The translations under genes were made by a program, and so were the position numbers. A stretch of DNA of 50,357 nt, filler included, from Dimargaris cristalligena (taxonomy: Eukaryota), in the NCBI GenBank assembly GCA_003614675.1. It is 2 parts of 2 records of this genome, joined end to end, with 100 filler letters (N's around TTAATTAATTAA, not from the genome) between each part and the next. Parts side by side here need not be neighbours in the genome. Positions count along the whole stretch, not along the records: positions 25,244 to 50,357 come from ML002571.1; 1 more part is not named here. One strand, written 5' to 3'. Of this stretch, positions 37,283-48,143 are shown in pieces (the first letter of the stretch is position 1; each line of letters starts with the position of its first letter). The notes beneath the pieces were generated by a model, which did not search any database, had not been told where the DNA came from, and saw only the letters and a list, made by a program, of their open reading frames with translations.

Positions 37283-40171
37283 CTATTCATTCTTGGAATC
37301 CGGAGCAATGTAGGAGCCGATCAGCTTTTCCGAAGCCTCATCATCATCACGGTCTTCTTCATTATCCGCTTCCACAATATCCGCCAACTGGGGGGTTTGC
37401 CCCGACTTGATAATATCCTCTAGAACATCCTCCTCCGATGTGCGACCATTGACCAATTTGCGGGCCAAAAACCACAGCGCGTTGATCACCTTATTCTTAA
37501 CCTGGCGGGTGGCCGAGGCCATCCGGTGGTAGAGGGGGGCCGTATGGCGATTGCGTTCCAAGAAAGAACGCACGCCGAAGAGCTGGCGTTGCCGGGCTTT
37601 GCCCCCGGCTAGGCTGGGCACCCGGAAGAACAGTATTTGGTCGATGAAACGCAGGTGGAGGCCCTGGTAGAGGAGTTGGTCGGCGGTGCGGAAGGCATTC
37701 CGGATTTGGTCCAGGTTCGGTTGGCAGGGGAGCAGTTGCAGGGATAGGCGCCAGATGCGAATTAAGGCAATATTACCCGGGGGGCTGGACCGACTGAACC
37801 GGCGGTTGGCCGAACGCTCTTTTGCGTCACCCCCTGTTGTGGAAGGAGGGGGAGTAAGCGGTGGTGAGGTATTACTGTCCTGGGGCCCGTCCCCTCCGTA
37901 GGCAAACCAATTGGCATCGTAGCCGAACTCGCGGACGAAAACGGTATACAAATCCAACATCATTTGCGTCCACCACCGGGACGTATCGCCGATTCTATCG
38001 TGAATCGGAACGGCGATGTTCGATTCATAGCCCGGCTGGCTAAGCACATACGACCGGTAGTAGCCGCGGTGCAGGGGATGTCCCCACCAATTGAGAGTTA
38101 CGGTAAGCTGGGGCGTCCGTAACTGCTGTTCGTTTAGACTCAGAATAATCGGAATAAAATCGCTCCAGGCCTCAAAGACCGCACGACCGTCGTGGTGGGC
38201 TAAGCAGTCGTCCGTCTGGGGACCACCCACGAGGCGGTAGGATATACCATGGGTGTACTCATGGGCTACGACGCCCGGGTCAACCATGTAAGCGTAGCGG
38301 TGGCCGGGTTCCTGTTCCTGAATTTGGGCCTCCAGGGTCATGATGGGCGACTCGCCGTCTTTGGCCGTGTACATTTCGCCCAAGCGAAGTCCTTTGGTGC
38401 GGCTACCTTTAATCACCACCAACTGCACCGGATCGCCCCCGGATGGCGAGGATGCTGGTGCCGGATGACTGGGCCGGGGGCCGAAACTGCCATTGGCTTC
38501 GGTAACCCCGACGACATGGTAAAACCAGTCGTGTAGGAAGGTGGTCATAACATAAGTGTCGTGGGTGGCCTCGACCAGAGACATGGATGGACACATGGGG
38601 GGTTCAGTAGAAAGCACGGGGGGCTGGACGGGAGAGCAGGGCGCTTCGTATTCGGCGTGGGCGAGTCCTTCATCGCTGAGGTACCGGGCGCTTACGTAGG
38701 GATTTTCCGTTTTCTTGGCCGCTTGAAATTCGGCCCGCCGGGGCCAGTACTGGTACAAATGCTCCGTATCAAACCGAATTTGGTGGCGGGGGGCAATATC
38801 GAGTGTGAGCGGGCTGGGGTCGTCACCGGCGTCGCTCGCTGGGGTAGGGTCGGCTTTAACCAACCCCGTGTCCGACGACCTAGCATCACCCTTTCCTTCC
38901 GTGGGATAAGGGGAGTTGTCGGAGGTAGGCGGACCCTGCGTCTGTGGCATACTGGCCAGAGACGGGGAAAACAGAGCGGCCGGCGACTCAGAAGCAATCT
39001 TGGCCTTGATGTCCTCTTCCCCCTCGCTAACCCAGTATTCCTCTTCACGAATAGCGTTACTAATATCGATAATCTTGTAGTTATAGTAGTTAAACGTTAA
39101 TACCTGGCCCCGGATAATGCCCGTAGGGGCCCAGAGCTCCACAACCCAGGCGGGATTAATCAAGTGGTCGCGCTTGAAGTAAATGGGGTATAGGCGGGCT
39201 TCACCACCCGGCAGCCCACTGTGGCCTCGAACGATGTACCGGAAGCGGGTGAAGCTCGGCCCGTACGGCAGGTTGGGATAGGGCCGGTGAAAGATTGGTT
39301 CGGGCCGTAAGTAATCCTGCCGCTCAAACGTCCACCCGTGAACGTCGAGGATGCTGAGGAGGTAGTTGCTACTATGCAACATGCCCACGAGGGCCTTCTT
39401 GCAGTTAAACTCGTCCCAGGCCTTGGCCTCCAGGTGCTCGTTGGTAAGGCGTCCGGATTCGACATCTTCGACCACCCACCGCCCGTCGTTACTAGGGTCG
39501 CTGTTTTCATGGTAGGACCCGGCGTAGTCGAGGGGGTCAGCCTCGGACCCACTGTTCCCGGCGGTATCGCCGACCGCCACGGGATGGTGAACGGGGTGGA
39601 CCCGCTGCTCAAATTTGCGCAGCCGCATCCCGTCCGCCAGGTAGGGGTTGATATGAACGAACTGACCCTGACTATCGAACAACACAATGGCCTCGCCGTT
39701 TACCATGGGCAAACCCTTGTAGACCTGCTGAACATGGACAAACACCTGGCTGGTTTGGGGGTCGGTGAAGGTATCCGTAATTTCTAACCGGCAACTGAAA
39801 CAGCGTAGCTGTTCCCGGACTTTTTCCAAGGACCGGGCGAAAATCTTTTCTGTGAGCGGGGCCGGTGCCGGCGGAGGCGGAGACGGGAATGCTTGTCCGG
39901 CAGCGGGATAACCATTCGGGCGGCTATTCTCCGAAGTCGACCGGTTTTTTGTATCCGAATGCGGGTGGACATGGTGGCTATCCCGGTGGGAGGTTAGTTC
40001 ATGGACGAAGTCGAGGCCCTTGCGTAAAACCGATGCGGTAGCGGAGCCCCCGGGGGCGTGGTGAATCCAGTTCATGGGGACGTCATTTCGACCGGCGACT
40101 CCGGCCGATACGGCCAGGCAATAGAGCAGAATGATCTGCGATAAAATAAGTAAAGATAATAGCCACACCAT
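37283..40171 (-). CDS. Secreted M36 (fungalysin) zinc metalloprotease, divergent, about 962 aa, intronless
   Basis: Likely start ATG 40171 (MVWLLSLLILSQIILLYCLAVSA signal). FTP-type propeptide (VHVQQVYKGLPMVNGEAIVLFDSQG) and PepSY-like PAWVVEL. HEYTHGISYRLVGGP..CL..AVFEAWSDF gives HEXXH plus a third Glu ligand; LQLLPCQPNLDQIRNAFRTAD resembles the fungalysin C-terminal PCNP..RDA..AD motif. Confidence 0.88.
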   Translation of the reverse strand: MVWLLSLLILSQIILLYCLAVSAGVAGRNDVPMNWIHHAPGGSATASVLRKGLDFVHELTSHRDSHHVHPHSDTKNRSTSENSRPNGYPAAGQAFPSPPPPAPAPLTEKIFARSLEKVREQLRCFSCRLEITDTFTDPQTSQVFVHVQQVYKGLPMVNGEAIVLFDSQGQFVHINPYLADGMRLRKFEQRVHPVHHPVAVGDTAGNSGSEADPLDYAGSYHENSDPSNDGRWVVEDVESGRLTNEHLEAKAWDEFNCKKALVGMLHSSNYLLSILDVHGWTFERQDYLRPEPIFHRPYPNLPYGPSFTRFRYIVRGHSGLPGGEARLYPIYFKRDHLINPAWVVELWAPTGIIRGQVLTFNYYNYKIIDISNAIREEEYWVSEGEEDIKAKIASESPAALFSPSLASMPQTQGPPTSDNSPYPTEGKGDARSSDTGLVKADPTPASDAGDDPSPLTLDIAPRHQIRFDTEHLYQYWPRRAEFQAAKKTENPYVSARYLSDEGLAHAEYEAPCSPVQPPVLSTEPPMCPSMSLVEATHDTYVMTTFLHDWFYHVVGVTEANGSFGPRPSHPAPASSPSGGDPVQLVVIKGSRTKGLRLGEMYTAKDGESPIMTLEAQIQEQEPGHRYAYMVDPGVVAHEYTHGISYRLVGGPQTDDCLAHHDGRAVFEAWSDFIPIILSLNEQQLRTPQLTVTLNWWGHPLHRGYYRSYVLSQPGYESNIAVPIHDRIGDTSRWWTQMMLDLYTVFVREFGYDANWFAYGGDGPQDSNTSPPLTPPPSTTGGDAKERSANRRFSRSSPPGNIALIRIWRLSLQLLPCQPNLDQIRNAFRTADQLLYQGLHLRFIDQILFFRVPSLAGGKARQRQLFGVRSFLERNRHTAPLYHRMASATRQVKNKVINALWFLARKLVNGRTSEEDVLEDIIKSGQTPQLADIVEADNEEDRDDDEASEKLIGSYIAPDSKNE

Positions 40172-42060
40172 AGTGGAGGAGCGGGACAAGACCCGGTGGA
40201 AACTAGGTGAAAGCAAAAAAAAAAAGAACGATGATATAAACTGGTTGATTGTATGTGAGTAGACGCGAAAAACGAGGCTATCGAAGCGAAGGAGTCTACC
40301 GACGAGCGAGCTAACTCGGATTTATTTAATACAGGCAATGTACACGGCGAGTTAATGTGGGTAGACTGGACGAACTATAATTGATAATTGGAAATTTGGT
40401 TGGAGTATGTACAGATAAGTATGTAGAAAAAATGGGGACTAGTGTAAAGAGGGTGGGCTTCGCCAATATCGAAGCACCTGGGTCAACGAATGTATGTATC
40501 TATATAAATTGTGGAGTATGCAACCTCGTAGGGCAAGTATACAGTAGAGCATTAAACCCCAAACCGGGCGGCTAAGTCGGTTATATATAGAGGGGCACTT
40601 GCATTAACAGTGCCAAGAGGTCCCCAACCCCTTTTTTATGGAACCCGCTGGTACTTTACAACAGCGATTGAGTTACCGCGAAGTAACGCAGAGACTGTTC
40701 ATTGAGGGAAAACGAAAAAGAAAAAAAGAGCCAAGGTAGGGAAGAAGGGAGGGTATAATAAACGAAGCAGTGAAATAGGAGGACAATAGAAAGGGAGAGG
40801 TCTTGTGTTGCGGTACAATATAGTTACACAAGTTGCCGTTGAGTATTTCCCGATATCCAACCAATTCAATCACCTTATACCAGCCGGGTTTGCTTATTCG
40901 ACCATTTAATGGAAACCACAGGGCCTTTGGACAAAAGGTAGAAGGAGGGTTGCAGTCACCATCAGGCCATTTGGCAGGCTTTGAAAAAAAATGTTCAATG
41001 GAAAAATATATAGTACGGTAATTTATTACTGCGTCAAGTGTTTGGGAGGGAGGTAATGTTTAGTATTTCTTAATTGTAAAGTGTACTGAGGTATCGGGGC
41101 GTTCCTCCCTGTGAAAACTACTTGGAATCTTACCCAGGAATAGCACAATAGGTACTCGTTGTAGTAGGCCAAATCATCCAACAAGGGGTTTCTTTAGTGA
41201 ACAGTTCGAACCACTGTCACCTATCATACGACGAAAATCTTTATCACACGGAAGCCGGCTCCTCCAATTTATCCGATTTAGATTCCGGGCGGTACATTTA
41301 TCATGCTGGTATCTGCAAGATTGGCATGTGAGGCTTTGCTTAATTAGGTCTGGCCCCAGTTTACTGTCTTGGCCGTGTTCAAACAACTTTGAAGTAAACG
41401 TGAAGCTGCGAAATCGTAGACAGTTCAAAGCTAGGCGCGTGAATAACTTTCAACTTCAAACGCCGGTGCCATAGGGGACATGCATAGTTAAGGGAGTGTT
41501 ATTTATGCTGATACACTACTCATACATTCTAATTGTAATGGTCTGTGATAGTTAAGGAGGCGCGCAGCATTAAAGCCCAGTGACATGCGGCGTGAGGCTT
41601 CAATGTAAGCAGTGGTCCCTTTGCGGATGGTCCGATTCCTTTCAATCCATTAGAAACGTTGCAAAGGTGGTCGTGTCCTAACTAGCGCCCCCAACAAGTT
41701 ATGCGTAGGTGGCTATCAGCCCACCATGTGTTCAGAGTTACATCCCATATGAACTAGTGGGTACGCAGCCTAGCCACATTCTTAAAGCCAGGCTACATCA
41801 ACTGGTCGCATATCCAATTTTTGGCAAATGTATTTCAAAGAAAGTGACCTAAACCAGCCGTGGCTGCAAGTATTACGACCGCGGGCCAGTTGGTCATTAA
41901 TCCAAAAAACGGAATCCACTTCAACATAAGCTGTTCTTGGTTACGCCATTAATGGCTATTCTGTGTGACTTGCTATTACCTACTAATTGAATTACTAGGC
42001 AAGTGGCGGTACACATTACTATGACAATAGTATCAAGTTGAATCGTAAATTATACATTTA

Positions 42061-42202
42061 ATATGGGAGAAGTTCATACTGGCTGTATATTGAAAAATCC
42101 ATTGGATGAGGCCAATATTACTGGTTAAAAGCTTTTCTCACATATTCGCCCATTCACGTATTATGTAAAACCTTATACAGTCGGTTTGAATTTCATCCAT
42201 AT
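42061..42202 (+). mobile_element. MITE-like element, copy 5 (about 170 bp downstream of the repeat-precursor stop codon)
   Basis: atatgggagaagttcatactggctgtatattgaaaaatccattggatgaggccaatattactgg...tatacagtcggtttgaatttcatccatat. Confidence 0.88.
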
Positions 42203-42375
42203 ACTTTTAAACCCAATTCCCACAAGATACCAAGGGAATAGATCATTTATTGATGATGGTTTTTAGGATGAGGTATGGGAAGCCTCGTGTGTTACGCATA
42301 TGAATGCGATTCTGGTGAATACAAAGGGGATTGGACCCTAGAAAGTCAATAGAGGGAATGGCACGAGGGAGCCAT

Positions 42376-43674
42376 TTAGTACCAGCCGAAGTTGTTACCG
42401 CGGCCAGAATCACCACCGTCACCACCGTCGCCGCCGTTACCTCCATCGCCGCGGCCGAAACTATCGCCACCATCACCGCCGTCACCGCCGTTGCCACCGC
42501 TTCCAGAGCCACTGCCCCAGTTGTTTCCCCAGTTGCGACCACGGTGATCGTCGAAGTCGAAGTAGGGGCTGCGGCGGTGGACACCGGAGTTGCCACCGTC
42601 ACCGCCATCGCCACCGTCGCCAGCATTGCCGCGACCGAAGCTGTTGCCGCCATCACCGCCGTCACCACCATCACCAGCATCACCGGAGCTACGGCCCCAG
42701 TTACGGCCACGGTTGTCACGGTCATGATCGTTGAAACGGCCACGGCCACGACCACGGCGGTCATCATCCCAACCGCCGTGGTTGTTGCTGTTGAAGCGCC
42801 AGTCATTGAAGTTAAGCAGAGGGCTGCGGCGATGAACTCCGCCAGCATTGCCACCATCACCACCGTCACCGCCGTTGCCAGCGTTACCCCATCCCGAGCT
42901 GTTGCCACCGTCACCGCCGTTACCGCCGTCACCACCATTGCCGGAGTTACCCCCCCAATTGCCACCCCGGTTGTTGCCCCAGTTGCCGCCGCGGTTGTAG
43001 CGGTCGTTGTTCCAGCGGCCACGGTCGTTGCCGCGGAAGCGCCGGTCATTGAAGTCAGGCACTGGGCTGCGGCGGTGGATACCACCGGCATTGCCACCAT
43101 CACCACCGTCACCACCATTGCCAGCGTTACCCCATCCCGAGCTGTTGCCGCCATCACCGCCGTTACCGCCGTCACCACCATTGCCGGAGTTACCCCCCCA
43201 GTTACCACCCCGGTTGTTGCCCCAGTTGCCGCCGCGGTTGTAGCGGTCGTTGTTCCAGCGGCCACGGTCGTTGCCGCGGAAGCGCCGGTCATTGAAGTCA
43301 GGCACTGGGCTGCGGCGGTGGATACCACCGGCATTGCCACCATCACCACCGTCACCACCATTGCCAGCGTTACCCCATCCCGAGCTGTTGCCGCCATCAC
43401 CGCCGTTACCGCCGTCACCACCATTGCCGGAGTTACCCCCCCAGTTACCACCCCGGTTGTTGCCCCAGTTGCCGCCGCGGTTGTAGCGGTCGTTGTTCCA
43501 GCGGCCACGGCCGTTGCCGCGGAAGCGATCGTTGTTGTTCCAACCGCGACCGTGGTCACGGTCATTCCAGCCACGGGTGGTAAGCTCGGGGGCTTCAGTA
43601 GCGGCAGTAGCAGCCTGGGCCTGGGTGGCCATCACGGTGGCCAGAAGAGCGGCGATTCCAACGTTGACCTTCAT
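42376..43674 (-). CDS. Secreted Gly/Asn/Asp/Arg/Trp-rich repeat precursor with four HRR|SP dibasic sites (candidate Kex2-processed repeat protein), 432 aa
   Basis: Signal peptide MKVNVGIAALLATVMATQAQA, then five related modules separated by IHRRSPVP (x2), VHRRSPLL and VHRRSPYF. Codon usage is strongly biased (GGT/GGC, AAC, GAC). Confidence 0.85.
   Translation of the reverse strand: MKVNVGIAALLATVMATQAQAATAATEAPELTTRGWNDRDHGRGWNNNDRFRGNGRGRWNNDRYNRGGNWGNNRGGNWGGNSGNGGDGGNGGDGGNSSGWGNAGNGGDGGDGGNAGGIHRRSPVPDFNDRRFRGNDRGRWNNDRYNRGGNWGNNRGGNWGGNSGNGGDGGNGGDGGNSSGWGNAGNGGDGGDGGNAGGIHRRSPVPDFNDRRFRGNDRGRWNNDRYNRGGNWGNNRGGNWGGNSGNGGDGGNGGDGGNSSGWGNAGNGGDGGDGGNAGGVHRRSPLLNFNDWRFNSNNHGGWDDDRRGRGRGRFNDHDRDNRGRNWGRSSGDAGDGGDGGDGGNSFGRGNAGDGGDGGDGGNSGVHRRSPYFDFDDHRGRNWGNNWGSGSGSGGNGGDGGDGGDSFGRGDGGNGGDGGDGGDSGRGNNFGWY
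42793..43528. repeat. About three tandem 243-bp (81-aa) units inside the repeat precursor gene
   Basis: Antisense ORFs 43007-43243 and 43250-43486 translate identically at offset 243. Matches extend to about 42793 and 43528. Confidence 0.92.
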
Positions 43675-45386
43675 GTTGCTGAGTTGCGAAGTAAGATACC
43701 GAAAGAGGGTAATGTTTTGAGTTTAAATGAAATCCGTCGAGGATGGATTGGAATAATTAATGTCAAACTGATGCGTCGAAAGAAAAAATCGTACAAGTTA
43801 ATGAATAGGGAGTAGGAATATCGCCAGAACCAGTTCAGGGACCGTCGGTGACAGAATACAGAAACAATCGTTGGATAAAATGTTGCTAAGGAAGCAAATT
43901 TTCTCAGAAAAATGCGTTAGGAAGGAAGAGAAGGCGGAATCGTTGAGAATGCAAATAGAGCACTGGGCTTATTGTTTCAATGGTTGCCGACCCGCTTGGT
44001 ATATATAGGAAAACTCCAACCACTTAGGACGGTGTAGTACCCCTCAGAATACTGCCCGACTCTCCTCATATTGGGCATAATGGAGTTTTGCGGTGCATGT
44101 CCGGTAGGTTTGACCGTCGTCTCCACTACTGAGTGGACCAACTTAGATGAAAGGCTGCCGAGTCGTCCAGAACGGGCGGGTATCGGCTGGGCGACTACAA
44201 TACATTTCATACACTAATGCAGGCCAAATGTTAGGCCAACTGCCCAGATTCATGTACCATCCCAGTTGTCCGACCTGGGCTTCTACACAGCTATTCCTTA
44301 GGAATGTGTTCCGGTATGCATGGCGCATCTTCTAGTTACCGAATCAACCTGCTGGTTGGTGATTCGTAATACGGTCTTGAACCTGAAGTCCAGTAGTGTA
44401 TTTCTTTTGGAAGGAATTACACTACCGGTCCAACTTGAGCTACGCAATGGCTATCCAGGCGGCGGAGTTTACACGCACGGGAGTGGACAACTGGCGACAT
44501 ACCCACTGTTCGTACCGGTATTGACGATACAGTATTATTAAGCGGCTCATCCGCCACTGCATGGGCAAAGGGGTGTGAAATAGCGGAATAGTTCACTGGC
44601 GACTGGGGTGTGTGACTTTAATTTAGACCATTTGACAAGATCTTTTTTAATCCATCGGGAAATGCCCATCGCTGGGGATGAAGGCGCTTGCGGGGTCAAA
44701 GGGGAAACGCGATTTCCAAATGCACGACCGGACAATCCCCGAAAAATAAGGTGTCGAACTGCCCCTGAAAAGGTGGTCCACTTTCGCAGTCAAGAAGGCG
44801 GCCAATTGTCCCATGAGTGTACCTTCAAAAGCGTGGAGATTATTGTGACACTGCGCAAATGCCAATGTTTTGGACATAATCCAATCGTATTCAGTAGGCG
44901 GGTATATAACTCGGTAACAGGGCTGGGTAACTCCCGCTTCTAACCATTGTAAGAGAGGTGGGTTGGTTGTATGAGAAGTACACATGTCGGCCGGGTTGCA
45001 GTACCCCAATCTCCCTTTGTGAGTAAGGTCCGGTGAAACCCAGCGTCCAATTGAAGGCATGGTGAGTTGAGCCAAATTTGATGCAGCGCTGCATCGGGAA
45101 GAAAACTGTACTGAGCCTTCGGCGGGATTCCACTCACCTCTCAAACAAGATTAGTAATATGAAATGTATGTGGGGCGGTTATTCCAAATTAACTTCAGTT
45201 TATTGTATGAAAAAAAGGGGGGGATAGGCAAATTCCCCCGTCGATGGATTCAGGCACAGTATGCTCCTAAACCGACCAAAGACGTAATCAAATGACCGAG
45301 AGCAACACGAAGGCGGGGTTCGAGCAGCCACCGAATCCGAACCAGTCCAATGGATCCCCCCCCATTGATCCCACCGGTATCCCGGC

Positions 45387-47406
45387 TTAGAAGGTGTTAT
45401 CAGCAATAGTCTTGGCGGTCCGCTCATCGGGCTTATTCCGCTTGGCATGAATCTCACGTTGGCGAACCTTCTTGGCCCGCCGCTCTTGGTGACGCTCAGC
45501 ATCGGTGCGTTCGGTCTCGCCGCGAATGGCGCCCTTAGTGGGCTTGTAGACTTCCTCGGGCGCCAACTGAACCGCATCATTGGCAAAGACGGGCAGTACC
45601 TCCTCCATTTTAATCGTGGAGGCATTGGTGATGACCTTAACGTTAAGTTCCTTGAACTGGGGCTTGAAATGGAAGCTCGTGAGCGAGTCGAGGGTGTGGT
45701 GCAGGCGCTGGGAGATGGCGGCGATATTATCATGGACTTTTGCAAGCGCGGCCTTTTTCTCATTCGTGGGCGCTATGCCCTGCATGAGCTGGGCCTTGTT
45801 CTGGTACTCTTGTTCGTAGACTTCGGCGAGCGACTTGGAGTTTTGCTCGTGGTCCAGTTCCACCGCCTCGGAGGGTTTGAATACCGTGGCGTTGGACTCC
45901 TTCCGGCGTTCCACGTCGTCGAACTCCCGGTCGACGATACGACGTTTGATGAACTCCTCCAGCGTTTCGGTCAGCTCGGCCGTAATCACGGGCACGGCCT
46001 TTTTACCCTGGATAAACTCAAGGTCCTGCTCCAATAAACTGTTCACCGGACGGTCCTTAGCGGATGCCTCACCAATCATGGTCCAGTTCTTGGCGGATAC
46101 GTTTTCCCGTTCCAGGACTTCGATGCGCTGGCGCGCCTTCTCCTGTTGAAGTTCGAAGCGGGATTTTCCGGGATTCTCTTCGGTGTCCGACTCGACCGCA
46201 TCGAAGAGGGACATTTTGGCATTTGTGCTAGGTTCCTCGTCACCACCATCGTCTTCATCTTCTGAGTTCGCTTCGTCTTCAAACGCCTCCTCGTCAGAGG
46301 AAGAATCACCAGCAGTGGAAAAGAAATCGGCGTAGCGCGCGGCGGTGGGGTCTACTTCGTCTGGGTCCGCGCCTTCCTCGTCCGAATCCTCATCCAGGTA
46401 GGCATCGGGGTCTGTAATATAATAGGATTTCGTCGGAGTGGGATATCAATGTAAATGTACGGTGGTTAATAGTGATACTGGATAGCTATACAATATATAA
46501 TATAAAGGGACTTTTAACTTGCATTAGCCTGGAGGGACCGTGGGCTTCAGAATGTAAGTAATTATAGTTGATCAGATACTGACCTTGGAAAAGATCGATT
46601 TCCTCGTCTTCATCCTCCTCCGAATCATCGCTGTCGATGTCTAGTGATTCGGCAAGCGATTTTTCGAGCTTATTCCGTTTAAATTCATCGTCCATCTCCT
46701 TTCGCTCCGCGTGGTCCACGTGCTTGTCCATGCGTCCCAGGGAAAAGAAGTCGTCCTCAAATTCGTACTTTCTGGCCCGGGGTTTACGCGAGCCAGCGGG
46801 GGCAGGCCTAGTACTAGCCAGCGTTTTATCGCTGCCATCGGATTCGGAGCCATCGGTTTCCTCGTTCGCCGCTTCCTCCTCCTCCTCCTCCTCCGACTCT
46901 TCTTCGCTGATGTCCAAGGCTGCCTCCGTCTCCAAATGGACACTGGCCTTTTCGCTTGACCCACTTACGGAATCATCATCGTCGTCAGACCCTTCGGATT
47001 GATTCGATCCGGCGATGGCTTCGGAGCCGCTATCGGCTTCCTCTTCATCGGCGGAGGCAACCGAAACAACATCGTTGGCCTCGTCCTCGAGCTCCTCCAC
47101 CCAATTCTGAAGGCGCAGGAGGTTCTGGGTGTAGCGGTTCATGATGGGCTGGTTACGCAATTGGAGCTGTTCCCAAATTTGGTTGTCGGGAAAGTCCTTT
47201 GTGTAGAGTTCCGAGAGGGGGTCGATTTCGGTAAAGTCCAGGGCCTTGGCTTCGGCGAACAGAGAGGTGGTCATGGCCAGGATTTCGTTGGCCAAGTCGG
47301 CATCGACCAGCAGAAAGCGCTCGGGACGGTCGAGGACTTGCGTGGTGAACAAGTCACTCGCGCTGACCGGCGCCTCTGGTTCTTTCGGGGCTTTGGTTTG
47401 AGCCAT
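45387..47406 (-). CDS. MPP10: U3 snoRNP/SSU processome protein Mpp10; exons 47406-46584, 46411-45387
   Basis: QIWEQLQLRNQP, acidic tracts, EDDFFSL, EIDLFQ|DPD, RYADFF, WTMIGEASAKDRPVNSLLEQDLEF, PVITAELTETLEEFIKRRI..FDDV, KSLAEVYEQEY, LDSLTSFHFKP, MEEVLP and LAPEEVY. Phase-1 GTCAGT..CAG intron. Confidence 0.95.
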
Positions 47407-48143
47407 GCTAGCAAGAGGGTGTATTGTAGTAGAAAGGGCAATGGGGGTTGGGCCTGTAGGAAACTAGAAAGGATTCAATCGAGAGGGAAGAAGTTCAGGG
47501 GTTGTAATACATTGTTTTTGTGAGATGCTAGCTGTACCTAATTAGATCTCTTTTACTCTGCTCTGCTCTCTATAGCTCTCTTTCCTTGGCTTTCCTTTTT
47601 TTCTGCTGTGGATATATTTTTAAGTTGACCATGACGGGTATTAATTTGGATACAGTCACGTGTTTTAGAAGTCCAATAGCCAATATTGCTGGGATTAGTT
47701 TAATAGCTCGACTGGGAATTAAATACCCATGCATGAGGGGGGGGGGAGAGCTCAGGCTTAACCAAGAGTGTGAGAATTAGGGAGACCCAAGAACTTGGAG
47801 TGCCCTATGACCAGATTAAATAACCACTTGGGGCCCTCCGCCTTATCACAGACATCGGTGTAAAGGGAAGGACCGACTGCCCTTTATTGCCAGCTGTTGA
47901 GTGGTACAGTGGGGAGTAAGTTCCGTTCCCTCAGGGGCTGGACGCGGCTATTAGAGGGCCATACAACACAACCCTCTTCTTATTATTGCATTCTCGTTCA
48001 TTTTCGAACCTCCCCTCCCCCACTCTTGTTATAGTCGCTGCCCTTACCATCCCAGCCTCTACTGCCTCCTTTACGTTACTTCCCCACTCCGCATTGCCTC
48101 ACCACAACTGTTCTCATAGCCTTCCATTCGATTGCGCGCATTC

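Noticed and set aside
42243-43815. Long alternative ORFs (443 aa minus, 494 aa plus) rich in T/A/V over the repeat precursor
   Set aside because: Shadow frames of a codon-biased repetitive gene; only 42376-43674 has a signal peptide and coherent motifs.
44608-45144. 165-aa minus-strand ORF downstream of MPP10
   Set aside because: Non-ATG start, no motif, and no codon bias like that of the real genes.
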